Shown here: positions 1 to 10,041 of the stretch, one piece after another
Layout: each line of letters starts with the position of its first letter
Position numbering within the stretch: the stretch's first letter is position 1
Source of the DNA: Longimicrobiales bacterium
GTDB taxonomy: Bacteria > Gemmatimonadota > Gemmatimonadetes > Longimicrobiales > Gaopeijiaceae
Assembly: GCA_965116905.1 (NCBI GenBank)
Contig: OZ220732.1
Span: 864,001 to 928,000, forward strand
Length of the DNA stretch: 64,000 nt
Reading direction: 5' to 3'
Translations under genes and position numbers: made by a program
The notes under the pieces: model-generated
Told to the model about the DNA's origin: nothing
The model's database searches: none
What the model saw: the letters and a program-made list of their open reading frames with translations, nothing else

Positions 1-298
1 CGGGGCTGATCCCCTTCGCGATGGCCTGCGTGTGTTCGCGGTACGCCGTGATGACCAGGTCGTCGTCGCGGAGCGGCTTGATCGAACCCGCCGCGAGCGC
101 CTCCTGCCCGATGTGCAGGTGGCAGAAGCCGCCGATCTTGCCGATCGCATAGGCCTCTTCCGCCTTCTCCTCGAAGCGGCGGTAGAGGAGCATGTCGGCG
201 AGGAGTGCGTGGAGTTCCTGGCGCGTAAATCCCTCGAGTCCCGTGGACGCGGCAGCGTCGGCCGTGCGCGCCGTGACTGTTTCCGTCCCCTGCGCCAT
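1..298 (-). CDS. pdhA: Pyruvate dehydrogenase E1 alpha subunit (5' part; runs off window)
   Basis: Not in the ORF track. Manual translation from ATG at 298 gives MAQGTETV...MLLYRRFEEKAEEAYAIGKIGGFCHLHIGQEA...VITAYREH, a typical E1-alpha N-terminus. Lies directly downstream of lipA. Confidence 0.9.
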   Translation of the reverse strand, partial: MAQGTETVTARTADAAASTGLEGFTRQELHALLADMLLYRRFEEKAEEAYAIGKIGGFCHLHIGQEALAAGSIKPLRDDDLVITAYREHTQAIAKGISP

Positions 299-302
299 GG
301 CG

Positions 303-1454
303 TCAGCTCCCCGTCCCCGCGGCCGTCCCCAAAGCCGTCCCGGTGGCCGTCCCCACCGCCCGCCCTGGCCGTCGAGCGGTGCGAAGCTGGACCAGCGGCT
401 GGACCAGGGGCAATGTCTCGGCGGGCGCCGGAATATCGGCTTCCATGACGTCGCGGATGTTGCCCGGCCCGCCCGCTTCGACCTCGCGCGCCTGCTCCTT
501 GGCGTGATAGCTGGAGCGCACCAGCGGTCCGGACTCGACGTGGCGGAACCCGAACTCGCCCTCGCCGATCCGCTTCCAGTCGCGGAATTCCTCCGGGGTG
601 ACCCAGCGGGCCACCGGAATGTGCTGCCGCGACGGTCTCAGGTACTGCCCGAGCGTCAGGATGTCGACCGCCGCCTCGCGCAGGTCCGCCATCGCCTGCC
701 TGATTTCGTCCTCACCCTCGCCCATGCCCAGGATGATCCCCGTCTTGGTCAGCATCGAGGCGTCGATCCGCTTCGCCAGCCCGAGGTAGGAGATCGAACG
801 CCAGTAGCGGCCCCCGGGGCGCACCTCCGGATGCAGGCGCTCGACCGTCTCCAGGTTGTGGCCCAGAATCGCGGGCCGCGCATCCATCACGGCCCGGAGC
901 GCATCCTCGTCGCCCTTGAAGTCGGGGATCAGCACCTCGACCGAGCAGGCCGGCAGCCGGTCGCGCACCTCACGGATCGTCGCCGCGTAGATGCTCGCGC
1001 CGCCGTCGGACAGTTCGTCCCGGTTGACCGAGGTGATGACGACGTGGTCCAGGTCCATCGCGACGATGGTGTCGGCGACGCGGCGGGGCTCGTCCAGGTC
1101 CAGTTCGGTAGGCATCCCGTGCGCGACCGCGCAGTACTTGCACGCCCGGGTGCAGACGTCCCCGAGGATCATGAACGTCGCCGTGCCCGCCTCCCAGCAC
1201 TCGCCGATGTTCGGGCAGCCCGCCTCTTCGCAGACGGTGTGCAGGGACTGGCTGCGCATGAGCTGCTTGAGGCGCAGGTAGTTGGGCCCGCCTGGAGACC
1301 GCACCTTCAGCCACGACGGCTTGCGCGACGTGATGGGGATGGTGTCGATCCCGCAATGGGCCCGGATCCGGGACGTGCCCTTCGGCTTGACCGTACCGGT
1401 GTCCTTCCCCGCGGGCGCGTACCCGCCCCGTGAATCTGCCTGCAACCCAGACAT
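303..1454 (-). CDS. lipA: Lipoyl synthase
   Basis: CEEAGCPNIGEC (CX4CX5C), radical SAM CTRACKYC and C-terminal RSSY motif. Confidence 0.97.
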   Translation of the reverse strand: MSGLQADSRGGYAPAGKDTGTVKPKGTSRIRAHCGIDTIPITSRKPSWLKVRSPGGPNYLRLKQLMRSQSLHTVCEEAGCPNIGECWEAGTATFMILGDVCTRACKYCAVAHGMPTELDLDEPRRVADTIVAMDLDHVVITSVNRDELSDGGASIYAATIREVRDRLPACSVEVLIPDFKGDEDALRAVMDARPAILGHNLETVERLHPEVRPGGRYWRSISYLGLAKRIDASMLTKTGIILGMGEGEDEIRQAMADLREAAVDILTLGQYLRPSRQHIPVARWVTPEEFRDWKRIGEGEFGFRHVESGPLVRSSYHAKEQAREVEAGGPGNIRDVMEADIPAPAETLPLVQPLVQLRTARRPGRAVGTATGTALGTAAGTGS

Positions 1455-1557
1455 TTGTCAGCGAATCTCCGATTTCCAAGGGCCGTGAATCATAAGAAAG
1501 TCCCACTTTTCGCACCATGACCGGCCCGACGGCCCGCCGCGCGGCAAGCGCGAGCCG

Positions 1558-2784
1558 CTAGCGAAGCAGGTACGCCACGCCCAGCCCCAGATACGTGCCA
1601 ACAGCATACCCGAAAAGGCCCATGACCACCCCCGGAAGGACGAGGTGCCGCCATTCCCGCGATATGGCCACGGCCAGCGCGCTCGAAGGACCGCCGACAG
1701 CGGCCTGCGAGGCGACCGAGATGGTCCCGACGTCAAGCCGCAGGAGCTTTCCGCCGCTGAAGACGATGACACCGTGGACGGCGACGACGATCAGGGTGAA
1801 CACGAAGACCTCCGCGCCCACGGCGACGATCTCCGAGACCCGGGACAGGATGCCGATCAGCACAAAGAAGAAGTGCAGCCCGACAGACCCGAGTTGCATC
1901 GCGCCCCGGGCGTCCCGGCAAAGCGGTGAGTGCCCCAGAACCAGGGCCAGCGTGGTCAGCCAGAGGATCGACGGGATCCCCGGGACCACCTGGCCGAGCC
2001 ACTCCGAGAGAAAGACGAGGATCATCCCCGCTGCGACGAGACCCGCGATGCTCAGGGCCGACGATCCTTCGCGGACGAAATAGGGATGATGCCGGCGGCG
2101 TTCCGAGGCGTCGGCCGGGGCGTCGGCCGCCGGGGCGTTGCCCGCGGGAGCGTCGCCTGCGGTAGCGCCGCCTGCCTCGCCGGTCCTCCCGTTGCCCGCG
2201 CCGGACCCGTTCGCCCGGTCCTGGCCCTCCTCGGACACCGGGGCGTAGAAGCGGCCGAGCCACACCGGAAGCATGAGCGTGGCGGCCAGCCACAGAGCGG
2301 TCATCACGGCGTCGGCCGCGTTCAGTCCCGCGAACAGGGTGCCGGTCAGCCCCACCTCCCGGCCGACCGACACGAAATTCAGCGAGCCGCCCGAATACGT
2401 GCCGGTCAGGGCGCCTGCGATGCGCCAGGTGTCGTCGCCGAAATGCGAGCCGTAGACCGCCGCCGCCAGGAGAGCGCCCGCCATCGTTCCGAGCACTGCA
2501 ACCGCGAACGCGCCCACCATGCGCGGGCCCGCCTTGGCCAGGTCGCGCAGGTCGACCGACAGCAGCAGCAACGCGATCGACACCGACGTGACGGGGCCGA
2601 TCACCGCGTCGTAGACGGGCGACGAGACGGGCACGAGGCCGGCATTGGACAGGATCGCGCCGAAGATGATCGCCAACATGGACGCGCCGACCTTCGCGAG
2701 CGTCCGAAAACGGTAGTCGAGCCAGAATGCGAGCGCGGTGGCCGCCGCGATGACCGTGGCGAGCGCCAGGGGAGACTGGATCAT
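1558..2784 (-). CDS. DUF819 family integral membrane protein
   Basis: About 10 hydrophobic helices; GTYSGGSLNF and ASQAAVGGPSSA motifs typical of DUF819. Confidence 0.8.
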   Translation of the reverse strand: MIQSPLALATVIAAATALAFWLDYRFRTLAKVGASMLAIIFGAILSNAGLVPVSSPVYDAVIGPVTSVSIALLLLSVDLRDLAKAGPRMVGAFAVAVLGTMAGALLAAAVYGSHFGDDTWRIAGALTGTYSGGSLNFVSVGREVGLTGTLFAGLNAADAVMTALWLAATLMLPVWLGRFYAPVSEEGQDRANGSGAGNGRTGEAGGATAGDAPAGNAPAADAPADASERRRHHPYFVREGSSALSIAGLVAAGMILVFLSEWLGQVVPGIPSILWLTTLALVLGHSPLCRDARGAMQLGSVGLHFFFVLIGILSRVSEIVAVGAEVFVFTLIVVAVHGVIVFSGGKLLRLDVGTISVASQAAVGGPSSALAVAISREWRHLVLPGVVMGLFGYAVGTYLGLGVAYLLR

Positions 2785-2798
2785 GGCTGTTCCCCCCT

Positions 2799-3647
2799 CT
2801 ACCGCGAGCCCGCCAGGTAGGCCATGGCCTCGGCCCGCAGCTGCGGCAGCAGGCTGGCATGGCCGTTCTCACCGGTGCCGTATTCCTCCAGGTCCACGGT
2901 GATCTCGTCTTCGTAGACGTCCACGAGGGTCTGGTAGTACGCCACCGCCCTCGGGTCGTCTCCCATCAGCAGCGCGGCCTCGGCGGCCGCCGCGAGGCAC
3001 AGCAGGTGGGTGGGCCGAAACGCGAGTCCCGCCTCGGCCACCGCCAGCGCCGCCGGACCGTCTCCCGCCACCGCGTGGAGGAGCGAGAGGTGGAAGCGGT
3101 CGTCCAGGCTCAGGGCCGCAATGAGGTCGTAGGAAGCGATGGCCATCGGGAGAAACAGGTCCGCCTCGGCCTGGTTGTCGGCTTCGACCGCGCCCATGAC
3201 GCGGTTGAAGAGGCGGTTCGCCGCCTGCCGGGGCGTCATGGAACCCAGGTCGACGGCCGACGTTGGCCCGAGCGCCCCAGGCTGGGCTGCTGGAGGGGGA
3301 GACAGTGTGAGGTCGCGCCCGTCGTCGCGCACAACTAATATCAATATAACAGTGAGCGCAAGGGCCCCGGTCACCGCCCAGGGGATCCACGCCGTCCGGG
3401 GCCCGGCACCCGCTCCCTCGGCACCCGCTCCCCCGGCGACCGTCCTCGCGGCCCGCGATCCCGCTCCCGGTCTGCCCAGAGGCACGCCGCACCGCGTGCA
3501 AAAGAGATCTCCAGGCTCCGACCCGGCCCCACAGTCAGGGCACGGCGGGCCCCGCAGGGCACCGCCGCACTGCGAGCAGAAATTGGCTCCCGCCGCATTC
3601 CCCCGGTAGTTGCAACTCGGGCACGCAATACTCCCCGCCTCGCTCAT
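2799..3647 (-). CDS. Double zinc-ribbon membrane protein with TPR-like helical C-terminus
   Basis: Four CxxC motifs (CPSC, CSQC, CPDC, CTRC), one TM helix and a helical C-domain. ATG at 3647 overlaps the upstream stop. Confidence 0.75.
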   Translation of the reverse strand: MSEAGSIACPSCNYRGNAAGANFCSQCGGALRGPPCPDCGAGSEPGDLFCTRCGVPLGRPGAGSRAARTVAGGAGAEGAGAGPRTAWIPWAVTGALALTVILILVVRDDGRDLTLSPPPAAQPGALGPTSAVDLGSMTPRQAANRLFNRVMGAVEADNQAEADLFLPMAIASYDLIAALSLDDRFHLSLLHAVAGDGPAALAVAEAGLAFRPTHLLCLAAAAEAALLMGDDPRAVAYYQTLVDVYEDEITVDLEEYGTGENGHASLLPQLRAEAMAYLAGSR

Positions 3648-6025
3648 CCGACGAGCCTCCCGCCGGCGATCGCGTTGAAGAACAGGGGCCACGTGACGAT
3701 GCTCTGACCCCTGTAGTTGGGCTGAAAGCCGAAGAGGATCACCTCGCCCTGGCCGATACGCGCGCGGAGGAGCGCCGGCTGCCCGGCGAGCCGTTCGGGA
3801 CCCAGGATCCAGCCGGCGATCACGGGATCGGCCTGGCCGTACGTTCCCAGGACGTCCACCCGCTCATCGGCGACCGTAAAGGCCCGGCTGCTGCGCCAAT
3901 ACCAGGCAGCCGTCGAGCCGTCGTATCCGGCCGCCAGCGGATCCGACGCCAGGTCCACGCGCACGATGGATCCGGGCACGTAGAACTGCGTGTTCGGCAG
4001 GCCTGCCACGGGGTTCCCGACGTCCAGCCCGAAGAGTTCGATCGCGAACTCGGCCGCCTCCTCCATGACCACCAGCCGCCCGCCCGACTCCACGAACTCA
4101 CGGACGGCGGCTCGGCCCGCCTCTCCGATGCCTCCCGTGTACTGCTCCGGAAGCGAGCCGGGCAGGCGTCCCTGGCTGATCGACCGGTCCGACTGGCTCT
4201 GGAAGATCAGCACATCGTAGTCGTCGGCCAGCGACCCCGCCCGGACGCGCGCGTCGTGCAACGAGTCGTAGACCATTTCGTGCCGGTCGAACATCCAGCG
4301 CGTCCACCCGGCGATCATGGGCTCGTCGTGCCCCTTGTAGAGCGCGATCCGGGGCGCGCTGCTCCCCGTCAACGCTTCCGGCAGCTCGTAGGCGACCCCG
4401 TGCATCGGAATCGGCTCGCTCAGCGCCACATCGGGCTCGGCTTCCAGCGCCGCGGCCTCGATCCCCATGAGAAGCGGCAGCGTGTGCGCGGTCACGTCAT
4501 AGGGACGCTTCGGCGGCCCGCCGGGAAACTCCCGCATATCGGGATACTCCTGCTCGCTCAGCAGCGTCTGCGCGAACGGTGCGTACGGCTGCCGCATCAC
4601 CACAACGTGCGAGCCCGCCGGGTACACGGTGCCCCCGGCCGCGAAGTCCGCCTCCGCCCGCCGCACTTCGACATCGCCCATCGTCAGAATGCGAAGCACG
4701 CTCTCGACCCCCACCCGGTTCTCCTGCCCGGCGGGGATCACCCAGGCGGCCGGCCACTCGTCCCAGCCGGCGACGGCCCGCTGTCCCACGCGGTAGAAGT
4801 TCTCCAGCCAGAAGCGGCGGTTCTTCGCGGCGTTGACCAGGAGCGCCACCGCCCCCGAGAACTGGTACTCGACGATATCCGGCAGCCCCCACTCGCCCCC
4901 CTCCCAGGGCCAGGGGAACTTCCACGCGGCCCGTCCGGCATCGTACTCGCGGCCGCCCTGCAACACCTCCCGCGGCACGTTCACGGTGGTGGCCAGTTGT
5001 GCGGACGCGGTCTCGCTGAGGATTCGAGCTCCTCCGTGGTAGTGCATGTACGCGCGCCCGGGGTGAAAGCCGTCGTAGATGGCGTTGATGACGACGCCCT
5101 GCTTCCCCTGGGAAGTCAATTCCGCGGCCATGTAGGCACCGAGCTGGTTCACGGCCGAGATCAGGCCGGGATCGACGTTCGGCTCCATCGGGTCGATATA
5201 GGGCGGGAAGAAGATGCGGGCGCCCGAGCCGCCCATCTGGTGGATGTCGTGCACGATCTGCGGGTGCCAGTCGTTTTGCGCGCGGACCGTGTGCTGGGTC
5301 TCGTTCTGATAGAAGGTGTACCAGTCCCGATTGTTGTCGTGACCGGTGTAGAAGTGATAGAGCCACGGCGGCGCCCGGCCCTCGAACTCGGTGCCGACGT
5401 GCTCGTTGTAGAAGTCGTTCACCCACTGCGTGCCATCGGGGTTGAGCGACGGGATCTGCAGCAGGATGACGTTGTCGAGGATCTCGCGGACGCGCTCGTC
5501 GGACGATGACGCCAGGTGGTGAGCCAGCCTGGCGGCGGACTGTGCGCTGCCCACCTCGGTGGAGTGTATCGCGTGGGTGATCATGACGATGGTGCGCCCC
5601 TCGTCCAGCAGGCGCTCGAGCTCGTCTTCGCTCCCGACGGTGCGGGGGTCGGCAAGCTGGCGCTGGATGCCGTGCAGTTCGGAAAGGCGCGCATGGTTCG
5701 CCGGACTCGTGATGGTCAGCATGACGAACGGCCGCCCCCGGGTCGTGGGGCCGAGCGTGTCCACGGTGACCCGGTCGCTGGTGCGCGCGAGGACCTCGTA
5801 GTACGCCGTCAGGTCATCCCAGTTGGCCAGTTTGCCGGCGGCGCCCATGGGGAAGCCGAAGTGGTCGGCCGGGGCCGGGACCTGGGCGGTCAGCGCCGCG
5901 GGCAGGGCAACGGTCAGCGCCGCGGGCAGAGCCGCAATGAGGGCGATGCCGGCAAGCATCGTGGACGGCATGCCGCGCCGACGCGGCGTCGGGGTCGTGG
6001 TCCGGGTCAGCGGTGAAGGGCACAT
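3644..6025 (-). CDS. M14 family zinc carboxypeptidase with C-terminal GATase-like domain
   Basis: Signal peptide; IHSTE (HxxE), NPDG, DNNRDW and HDIHQM motifs. Exact start uncertain. Confidence 0.85.
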   Translation of the reverse strand: MCPSPLTRTTTPTPRRRGMPSTMLAGIALIAALPAALTVALPAALTAQVPAPADHFGFPMGAAGKLANWDDLTAYYEVLARTSDRVTVDTLGPTTRGRPFVMLTITSPANHARLSELHGIQRQLADPRTVGSEDELERLLDEGRTIVMITHAIHSTEVGSAQSAARLAHHLASSSDERVREILDNVILLQIPSLNPDGTQWVNDFYNEHVGTEFEGRAPPWLYHFYTGHDNNRDWYTFYQNETQHTVRAQNDWHPQIVHDIHQMGGSGARIFFPPYIDPMEPNVDPGLISAVNQLGAYMAAELTSQGKQGVVINAIYDGFHPGRAYMHYHGGARILSETASAQLATTVNVPREVLQGGREYDAGRAAWKFPWPWEGGEWGLPDIVEYQFSGAVALLVNAAKNRRFWLENFYRVGQRAVAGWDEWPAAWVIPAGQENRVGVESVLRILTMGDVEVRRAEADFAAGGTVYPAGSHVVVMRQPYAPFAQTLLSEQEYPDMREFPGGPPKRPYDVTAHTLPLLMGIEAAALEAEPDVALSEPIPMHGVAYELPEALTGSSAPRIALYKGHDEPMIAGWTRWMFDRHEMVYDSLHDARVRAGSLADDYDVLIFQSQSDRSISQGRLPGSLPEQYTGGIGEAGRAAVREFVESGGRLVVMEEAAEFAIELFGLDVGNPVAGLPNTQFYVPGSIVRVDLASDPLAAGYDGSTAAWYWRSSRAFTVADERVDVLGTYGQADPVIAGWILGPERLAGQPALLRARIGQGEVILFGFQPNYRGQSIVTWPLFFNAIAGGRLVG

Positions 6026-6052
6026 GCCAGCTCCTGGGGTGCGTGTGTCTGT

Positions 6053-6811
6053 CTACAGTCCGGTAGGCGAGTCTACGAAACGGCTCTCGATTCCGAAACG
6101 TTGCTCCAGGAGGCGGGCAACGGCCTTCACGCCCCAGGTCTCGGTCGCGTAGTGGCCTCCGAGAAGGACCGAGACTCCGAGTTCGGCGGCGTCGATGGCA
6201 TGATGGTGCTGCGCCTCTCCGGTGACCAGCAGATCCAGCCCCGCGGCCGCCGCCTCCTGCAGGGCCGACGCACCGGCACCGGTGATCACGCCCGCCGTCT
6301 TCACGTGCGCGGGACCTCCGGGGAGGATCTGCGTCCGGTCGCCGGTCGCCTCCTCAAGGGTGCGTGCCAGCCTCTCCAGAGGCGCATCGACAACCCCCTT
6401 CCATCCCACCGCCGTTCCCTGGTAGTCGCCGAACGGCTCGAGGCGGCCGAGCCCCAGCTTTCGGGCCAACACCGCCGAGTTCCCGACTTCGGCGTGCGCA
6501 TCCAGCGGCAGATGAGCGCTGTAGAGAGCGGTGTCGGTCTCGACCAGCGCCTTGACCCGGCCGAAGTGCGGTCCGGTCAGCGGTCGCAGGCCAGCCCAGA
6601 ACAGGCCGTGGTGGACGACGAGAAGGTCGGCCCAATCCTTCACCAGGTCGATCACCGCCTGGCTGGCATCGACGGCGGCGGCGACCCGTCGCACGGGCCC
6701 GGAATGATCGACTTGAACGCCATTGAGGGCGTTCGGATAGTCGGGAACGCGTGAAACCGCAAGGTAGTCGTCGAGGAACCCGGCGATTTCCGTCAGAGCA
6801 ACGGAGCGCAT
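6053..6811 (-). CDS. NIF3/YbgI-like dinuclear metal centre hexameric protein
   Basis: NGVQV, VHHGLFW, HLPLDAH and GHYATE motifs. Confidence 0.92.
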   Translation of the reverse strand: MRSVALTEIAGFLDDYLAVSRVPDYPNALNGVQVDHSGPVRRVAAAVDASQAVIDLVKDWADLLVVHHGLFWAGLRPLTGPHFGRVKALVETDTALYSAHLPLDAHAEVGNSAVLARKLGLGRLEPFGDYQGTAVGWKGVVDAPLERLARTLEEATGDRTQILPGGPAHVKTAGVITGAGASALQEAAAAGLDLLVTGEAQHHHAIDAAELGVSVLLGGHYATETWGVKAVARLLEQRFGIESRFVDSPTGL

Positions 6812-6842
6812 GACCGCGTGTTTTTTGCGGGCGGCCAGCCTG

Positions 6843-7310
6843 CTAGGCCTTCACCTTCCCGCCGACACCCAGCACTTTCCCTCCCTGCCCGCCGCCTGCC
6901 CGCTTCCGCTGGTCGGCACCCGGGGCAGCTCCGGGATCGATCGCGACCCCCGCGTCCTTGCGGCCGACACTGATGGTGCCGTTCACGACTCCGCCCTCTT
7001 CAAGCTGCAGGCGCGCGGCACTGATCTCGCCGTCGATGTGGCAGGTGGACTGCAACTCCAGACGGGACTCCACGATCAGCGCACCCTTCACCGTACCCGC
7101 GATCACCGCATCCTGGGTGTGTATGTCGCCGTTGACCCGTCCGGCCTTGCCGATCACAACCGCCTTGTGGGCACGGACCGAACCTTCGATGTGTCCTTCG
7201 ATGCGGATGGTGTCGGTCGTATCACAATCGCCGACGATGCGCAGTCCGGGCCCGATGATGGAGATGACCTGTTCGGGCGATGACGTTGGGGTGGGTCCTT
7301 TTCGTGCCAT
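6843..7310 (-). CDS. Bactofilin (polymer-forming cytoskeletal protein)
   Basis: ISIIGPGLRIVGD...IRIEGHIEG...VIAGTVKG...IDGEI...LEEGGVVNG beta-solenoid repeats. Start may instead be 7319. Confidence 0.9.
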   Translation of the reverse strand: MARKGPTPTSSPEQVISIIGPGLRIVGDCDTTDTIRIEGHIEGSVRAHKAVVIGKAGRVNGDIHTQDAVIAGTVKGALIVESRLELQSTCHIDGEISAARLQLEEGGVVNGTISVGRKDAGVAIDPGAAPGADQRKRAGGGQGGKVLGVGGKVKA

Positions 7311-7364
7311 GGCTTCCAACCGTGTTCCTTCCCTGGGTACGTAGTGATCTTGCGGAGAGCCGCC

Positions 7365-8126
7365 CTATTGCGGCGGCGTCACCATTGACAATGGATCGAT
7401 TGGCCGGCCGTTCCTCAGTATCTCGAAATGAAGATGGGGTGCGGTAGACCGTCCCGTCGAACCCGACAATGCGATCACCTCCCCCTGCCGAACCTGCCGG
7501 CCCCGTTCCGCGACCAGAAAGGAAGCGTGGCCGTACCTGCTGCGCCAGCCATCGCCGTGATCGATGAGGACGAAGAGACCGTAGACCGGATCGTTCGCCG
7601 CGTCAACAACGACGCCCCCGCCTGCCGCCCGTACGTAGGAGCCGCTGGCTACGGCGATGTCGATTCCGGGATGGTCGTCGGCACCATCGGAGCGAGTGAC
7701 AAACCCTTCCGTCGTAAGCGGCCAGGCGGTCGGCTCGGTGGCTGCGGCTCCTACTCCCAATCCGCCGCCGCTGGCGGACGCCGGTCCACGATTCGTAAGC
7801 CAGAGGGCGGAATCGCGCGAACTCGCGATACCCATCAACTGGAGGAAGTTGTCCTGCCGGGCCTCGAAGGCGGCCAGACGGCTCGCCAGCGAGTCCATCC
7901 GCTGGTGCCGGGCCATCAGCGAATCGTTCTGCTGCTGCAGCACTCCGGTCCTGGCGGCGCGGCCGGCCATGGCCGACCAGCTTGCCGCCATCGCCACGAT
8001 CAGGACACCCAGTGCCACCGCCCCGAACTTGATGGCGGCAAGGCGAGCCCGGGACAGGGTGATGGTGCGCGGTTCGTCCACATCGCGGCTCACCACGATG
8101 ATCGATATGCCGTCCTTGCCGTCCAA
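7365..8126 (-). CDS. M23 family metallopeptidase with N-terminal TM helix and coiled coil
   Basis: HPGIDIA (HxxxD), YGH and STGRSTAPHLHFEI motifs. Probable TTG start at 8126; the ORF track extension overlaps parB. Confidence 0.9.
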   Translation of the reverse strand: MDGKDGISIIVVSRDVDEPRTITLSRARLAAIKFGAVALGVLIVAMAASWSAMAGRAARTGVLQQQNDSLMARHQRMDSLASRLAAFEARQDNFLQLMGIASSRDSALWLTNRGPASASGGGLGVGAAATEPTAWPLTTEGFVTRSDGADDHPGIDIAVASGSYVRAAGGGVVVDAANDPVYGLFVLIDHGDGWRSRYGHASFLVAERGRQVRQGEVIALSGSTGRSTAPHLHFEILRNGRPIDPLSMVTPPQ

Positions 8127-8188
8127 TTGTCGCTCCGGATTCCCGTTCCTGCCGACGCTGGAAACGAATATCGTCTGGGCGGGGCGTT

Positions 8189-9097
8189 TCAGCCAACTAT
8201 CTCGGCTGCTTCCTTTCCGGTCACGACGGCGAAGACCCGCTCCAGCTCGCGGGCCCCGCGAAACGAAATGCGGATGGCGCCATCGCCGCGGCCCTTCCAA
8301 TGGATGCCGACTCGTGCGCCCAGGTGGTCGCTGAGAACCTCCTCCAGGGCCCCGATGGCGGGATCACGTTCCCGCTCCTCGTCCTTGCGCGTTCGCGTCC
8401 GGGGCTTGTCCTGACCGGCCATTTCCCGAACGCGGCGTTCCGTTTCGCGCACCGACCACGATTCGGATACCGCCTGCCGGGCCACATCCGCAGCCTTCAC
8501 GGGATCGTCCACTCCGAGGATCGCCCTTCCGTGACCCATGGACAGCGTCCCTTCCTCGAGGAGCCGGCGGACGGACGGCGGGAGCGTGAGCAGGCGCAGC
8601 ACGTTGGCCACGGTCGACCGGCTCTTGCCCACGGCCTCGGCCACTTCGCGCTGGCCATACCCGAACTTATCCCGAAGGACCCCATAGGCCTTGGCTTCCT
8701 CCAGGGGACCGAGATCCTCGCGCTGGATGTTCTCTACGAGCGCGAGAACGAGCAGCGTACGGTCCTCCACCTCACGGATCTGTGCCGGTATCTCCTTCCA
8801 GCCCAACAACTTGACGGCCCGGAGCCGCCGCTCGCCGGCCACCAGCTGATAGGTTCGGCCCGAGGGCGACCGCCGCACGAGCACTGGCTGCAGCAGCCCA
8901 TTGACGCGGATGGAGGCCGCGAGTTCGCTGAGCTCGGCGGCCTGAAACTTCCGCCGCGGCTGGAATGGATTGGCGGCCACGGCCCGGATCGGGACCTGGG
9001 TCGAGGAGTCCGTCTCGGGCCCCGCCGTAACGGGTTCCTGCATGTAGTCTCCGAGCAGGGCGCCGAGCCCCCTGCCCAGTCGGTCGCCTCCGTTCAT
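8189..9097 (-). CDS. parB: Chromosome partitioning protein ParB/Spo0J
   Basis: LGRGLGALL N-terminal peptide, NPFQPRR, GERRLRA CTP-binding motif, ENIQREDL and an HTH. Confidence 0.96.
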   Translation of the reverse strand: MNGGDRLGRGLGALLGDYMQEPVTAGPETDSSTQVPIRAVAANPFQPRRKFQAAELSELAASIRVNGLLQPVLVRRSPSGRTYQLVAGERRLRAVKLLGWKEIPAQIREVEDRTLLVLALVENIQREDLGPLEEAKAYGVLRDKFGYGQREVAEAVGKSRSTVANVLRLLTLPPSVRRLLEEGTLSMGHGRAILGVDDPVKAADVARQAVSESWSVRETERRVREMAGQDKPRTRTRKDEERERDPAIGALEEVLSDHLGARVGIHWKGRGDGAIRISFRGARELERVFAVVTGKEAAEIVG

Positions 9098-9102
9098 CGT
9101 TC

Positions 9103-9891
9103 TTAGCTCCCGTGAATGTGAGCGAGCCCTGTCCTGCCCCGAATTTCCCTGGCAAGAGACGCATATCGCCGTGCGCCGGCCGAGGAGGGTTCATAGTCCG
9201 TGACCGGCTGTCCGAAACTCGGCGCCTCCGCGATGCTGACGTTTCGTGTGATGACCGTGTCGAAGACCTTCTCGCCGAAATACCGTTTCGCTTCGGTAGC
9301 CACCTGGCGCGAAAGGCTGAGGCGCTGATCGTACATGGTGAGGAGGACGCCCTCGACTTCAAGGCCCGGATTGAGGCCCCGCTGCACGACGCGAATCGTG
9401 TTCAGCAGCTGCGTAAGCCCCTCGAGCGCATAGAATTCGCACTGAATCGGAATCAGGACGGAGTCGGCCGCGGCAAGCGTATTCAGGGTCAGCAGGCCCA
9501 GCGAGGGCGGGCAGTCGATGAAGACGAAGTCGTAGTCGACCGTGAGCGGTGACAGCGTCTCCCGAAGGATCGTCTCCCGATCCTGAACGCCGACCAGCTC
9601 AACTTCAGCCCCCACAAGATCCCGGTTGGACGGGATGACATCGAGATTCGCGCGCTCCTCGGATCGAAAGACCGCCCGAAAGGCGGGAAGTCCTCGTACG
9701 AGCACATCGTAGACCGTAGGTATGTTGTTGCGCTGGATGATGCCCAGGCCGCTCGATGCGTTGCCTTGCGGGTCCATATCCACCAGGAGCACCCTGGCCC
9801 CGTCGCGAGCAAGGCTTGCACCGAGGTTGACCGCCGTCGTGGTCTTGCCGACGCCGCCCTTCTGGTTGGCGAGAGCGATGGTTCGGTTCAA
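9103..9891 (-). CDS. parA: Chromosome partitioning ATPase ParA/Soj
   Basis: NQKGGVGKTT deviant Walker A, DPQGNA, DCPPSLG, QCEFYALEG and EAPSFG motifs. Probable TTG start at 9891. Confidence 0.96.
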   Translation of the reverse strand: MNRTIALANQKGGVGKTTTAVNLGASLARDGARVLLVDMDPQGNASSGLGIIQRNNIPTVYDVLVRGLPAFRAVFRSEERANLDVIPSNRDLVGAEVELVGVQDRETILRETLSPLTVDYDFVFIDCPPSLGLLTLNTLAAADSVLIPIQCEFYALEGLTQLLNTIRVVQRGLNPGLEVEGVLLTMYDQRLSLSRQVATEAKRYFGEKVFDTVITRNVSIAEAPSFGQPVTDYEPSSAGARRYASLAREIRGRTGLAHIHGS

Positions 9892-9972
9892 AACGCCACG
9901 TTTCCTGGGGTTTTCCGTGGGAGCGAGAGCCGAGGGGGCCCGACTCAATCCTCTCTGGAATCTAACGCCGGA

Positions 9973-9988
9973 TGTTCCACGTGGAACA
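9973..9988. promoter_or_regulatory. parS site (ParB loading site)
   Basis: Perfect palindrome TGTTCCACGTGGAACA matching the canonical parS consensus, upstream of parA. Confidence 0.95.
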
Positions 9989-10016
9989 TCATTCCATCAT
10001 CGTCGCCCGGTGCGAG

Positions 10017-10032
10017 TGTTCCACGTGGAACA
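10017..10032. promoter_or_regulatory. parS site (second copy)
   Basis: Second perfect TGTTCCACGTGGAACA, starting 44 bp after the first. Confidence 0.95.
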
Positions 10033-10041
10033 CAAACGCGG

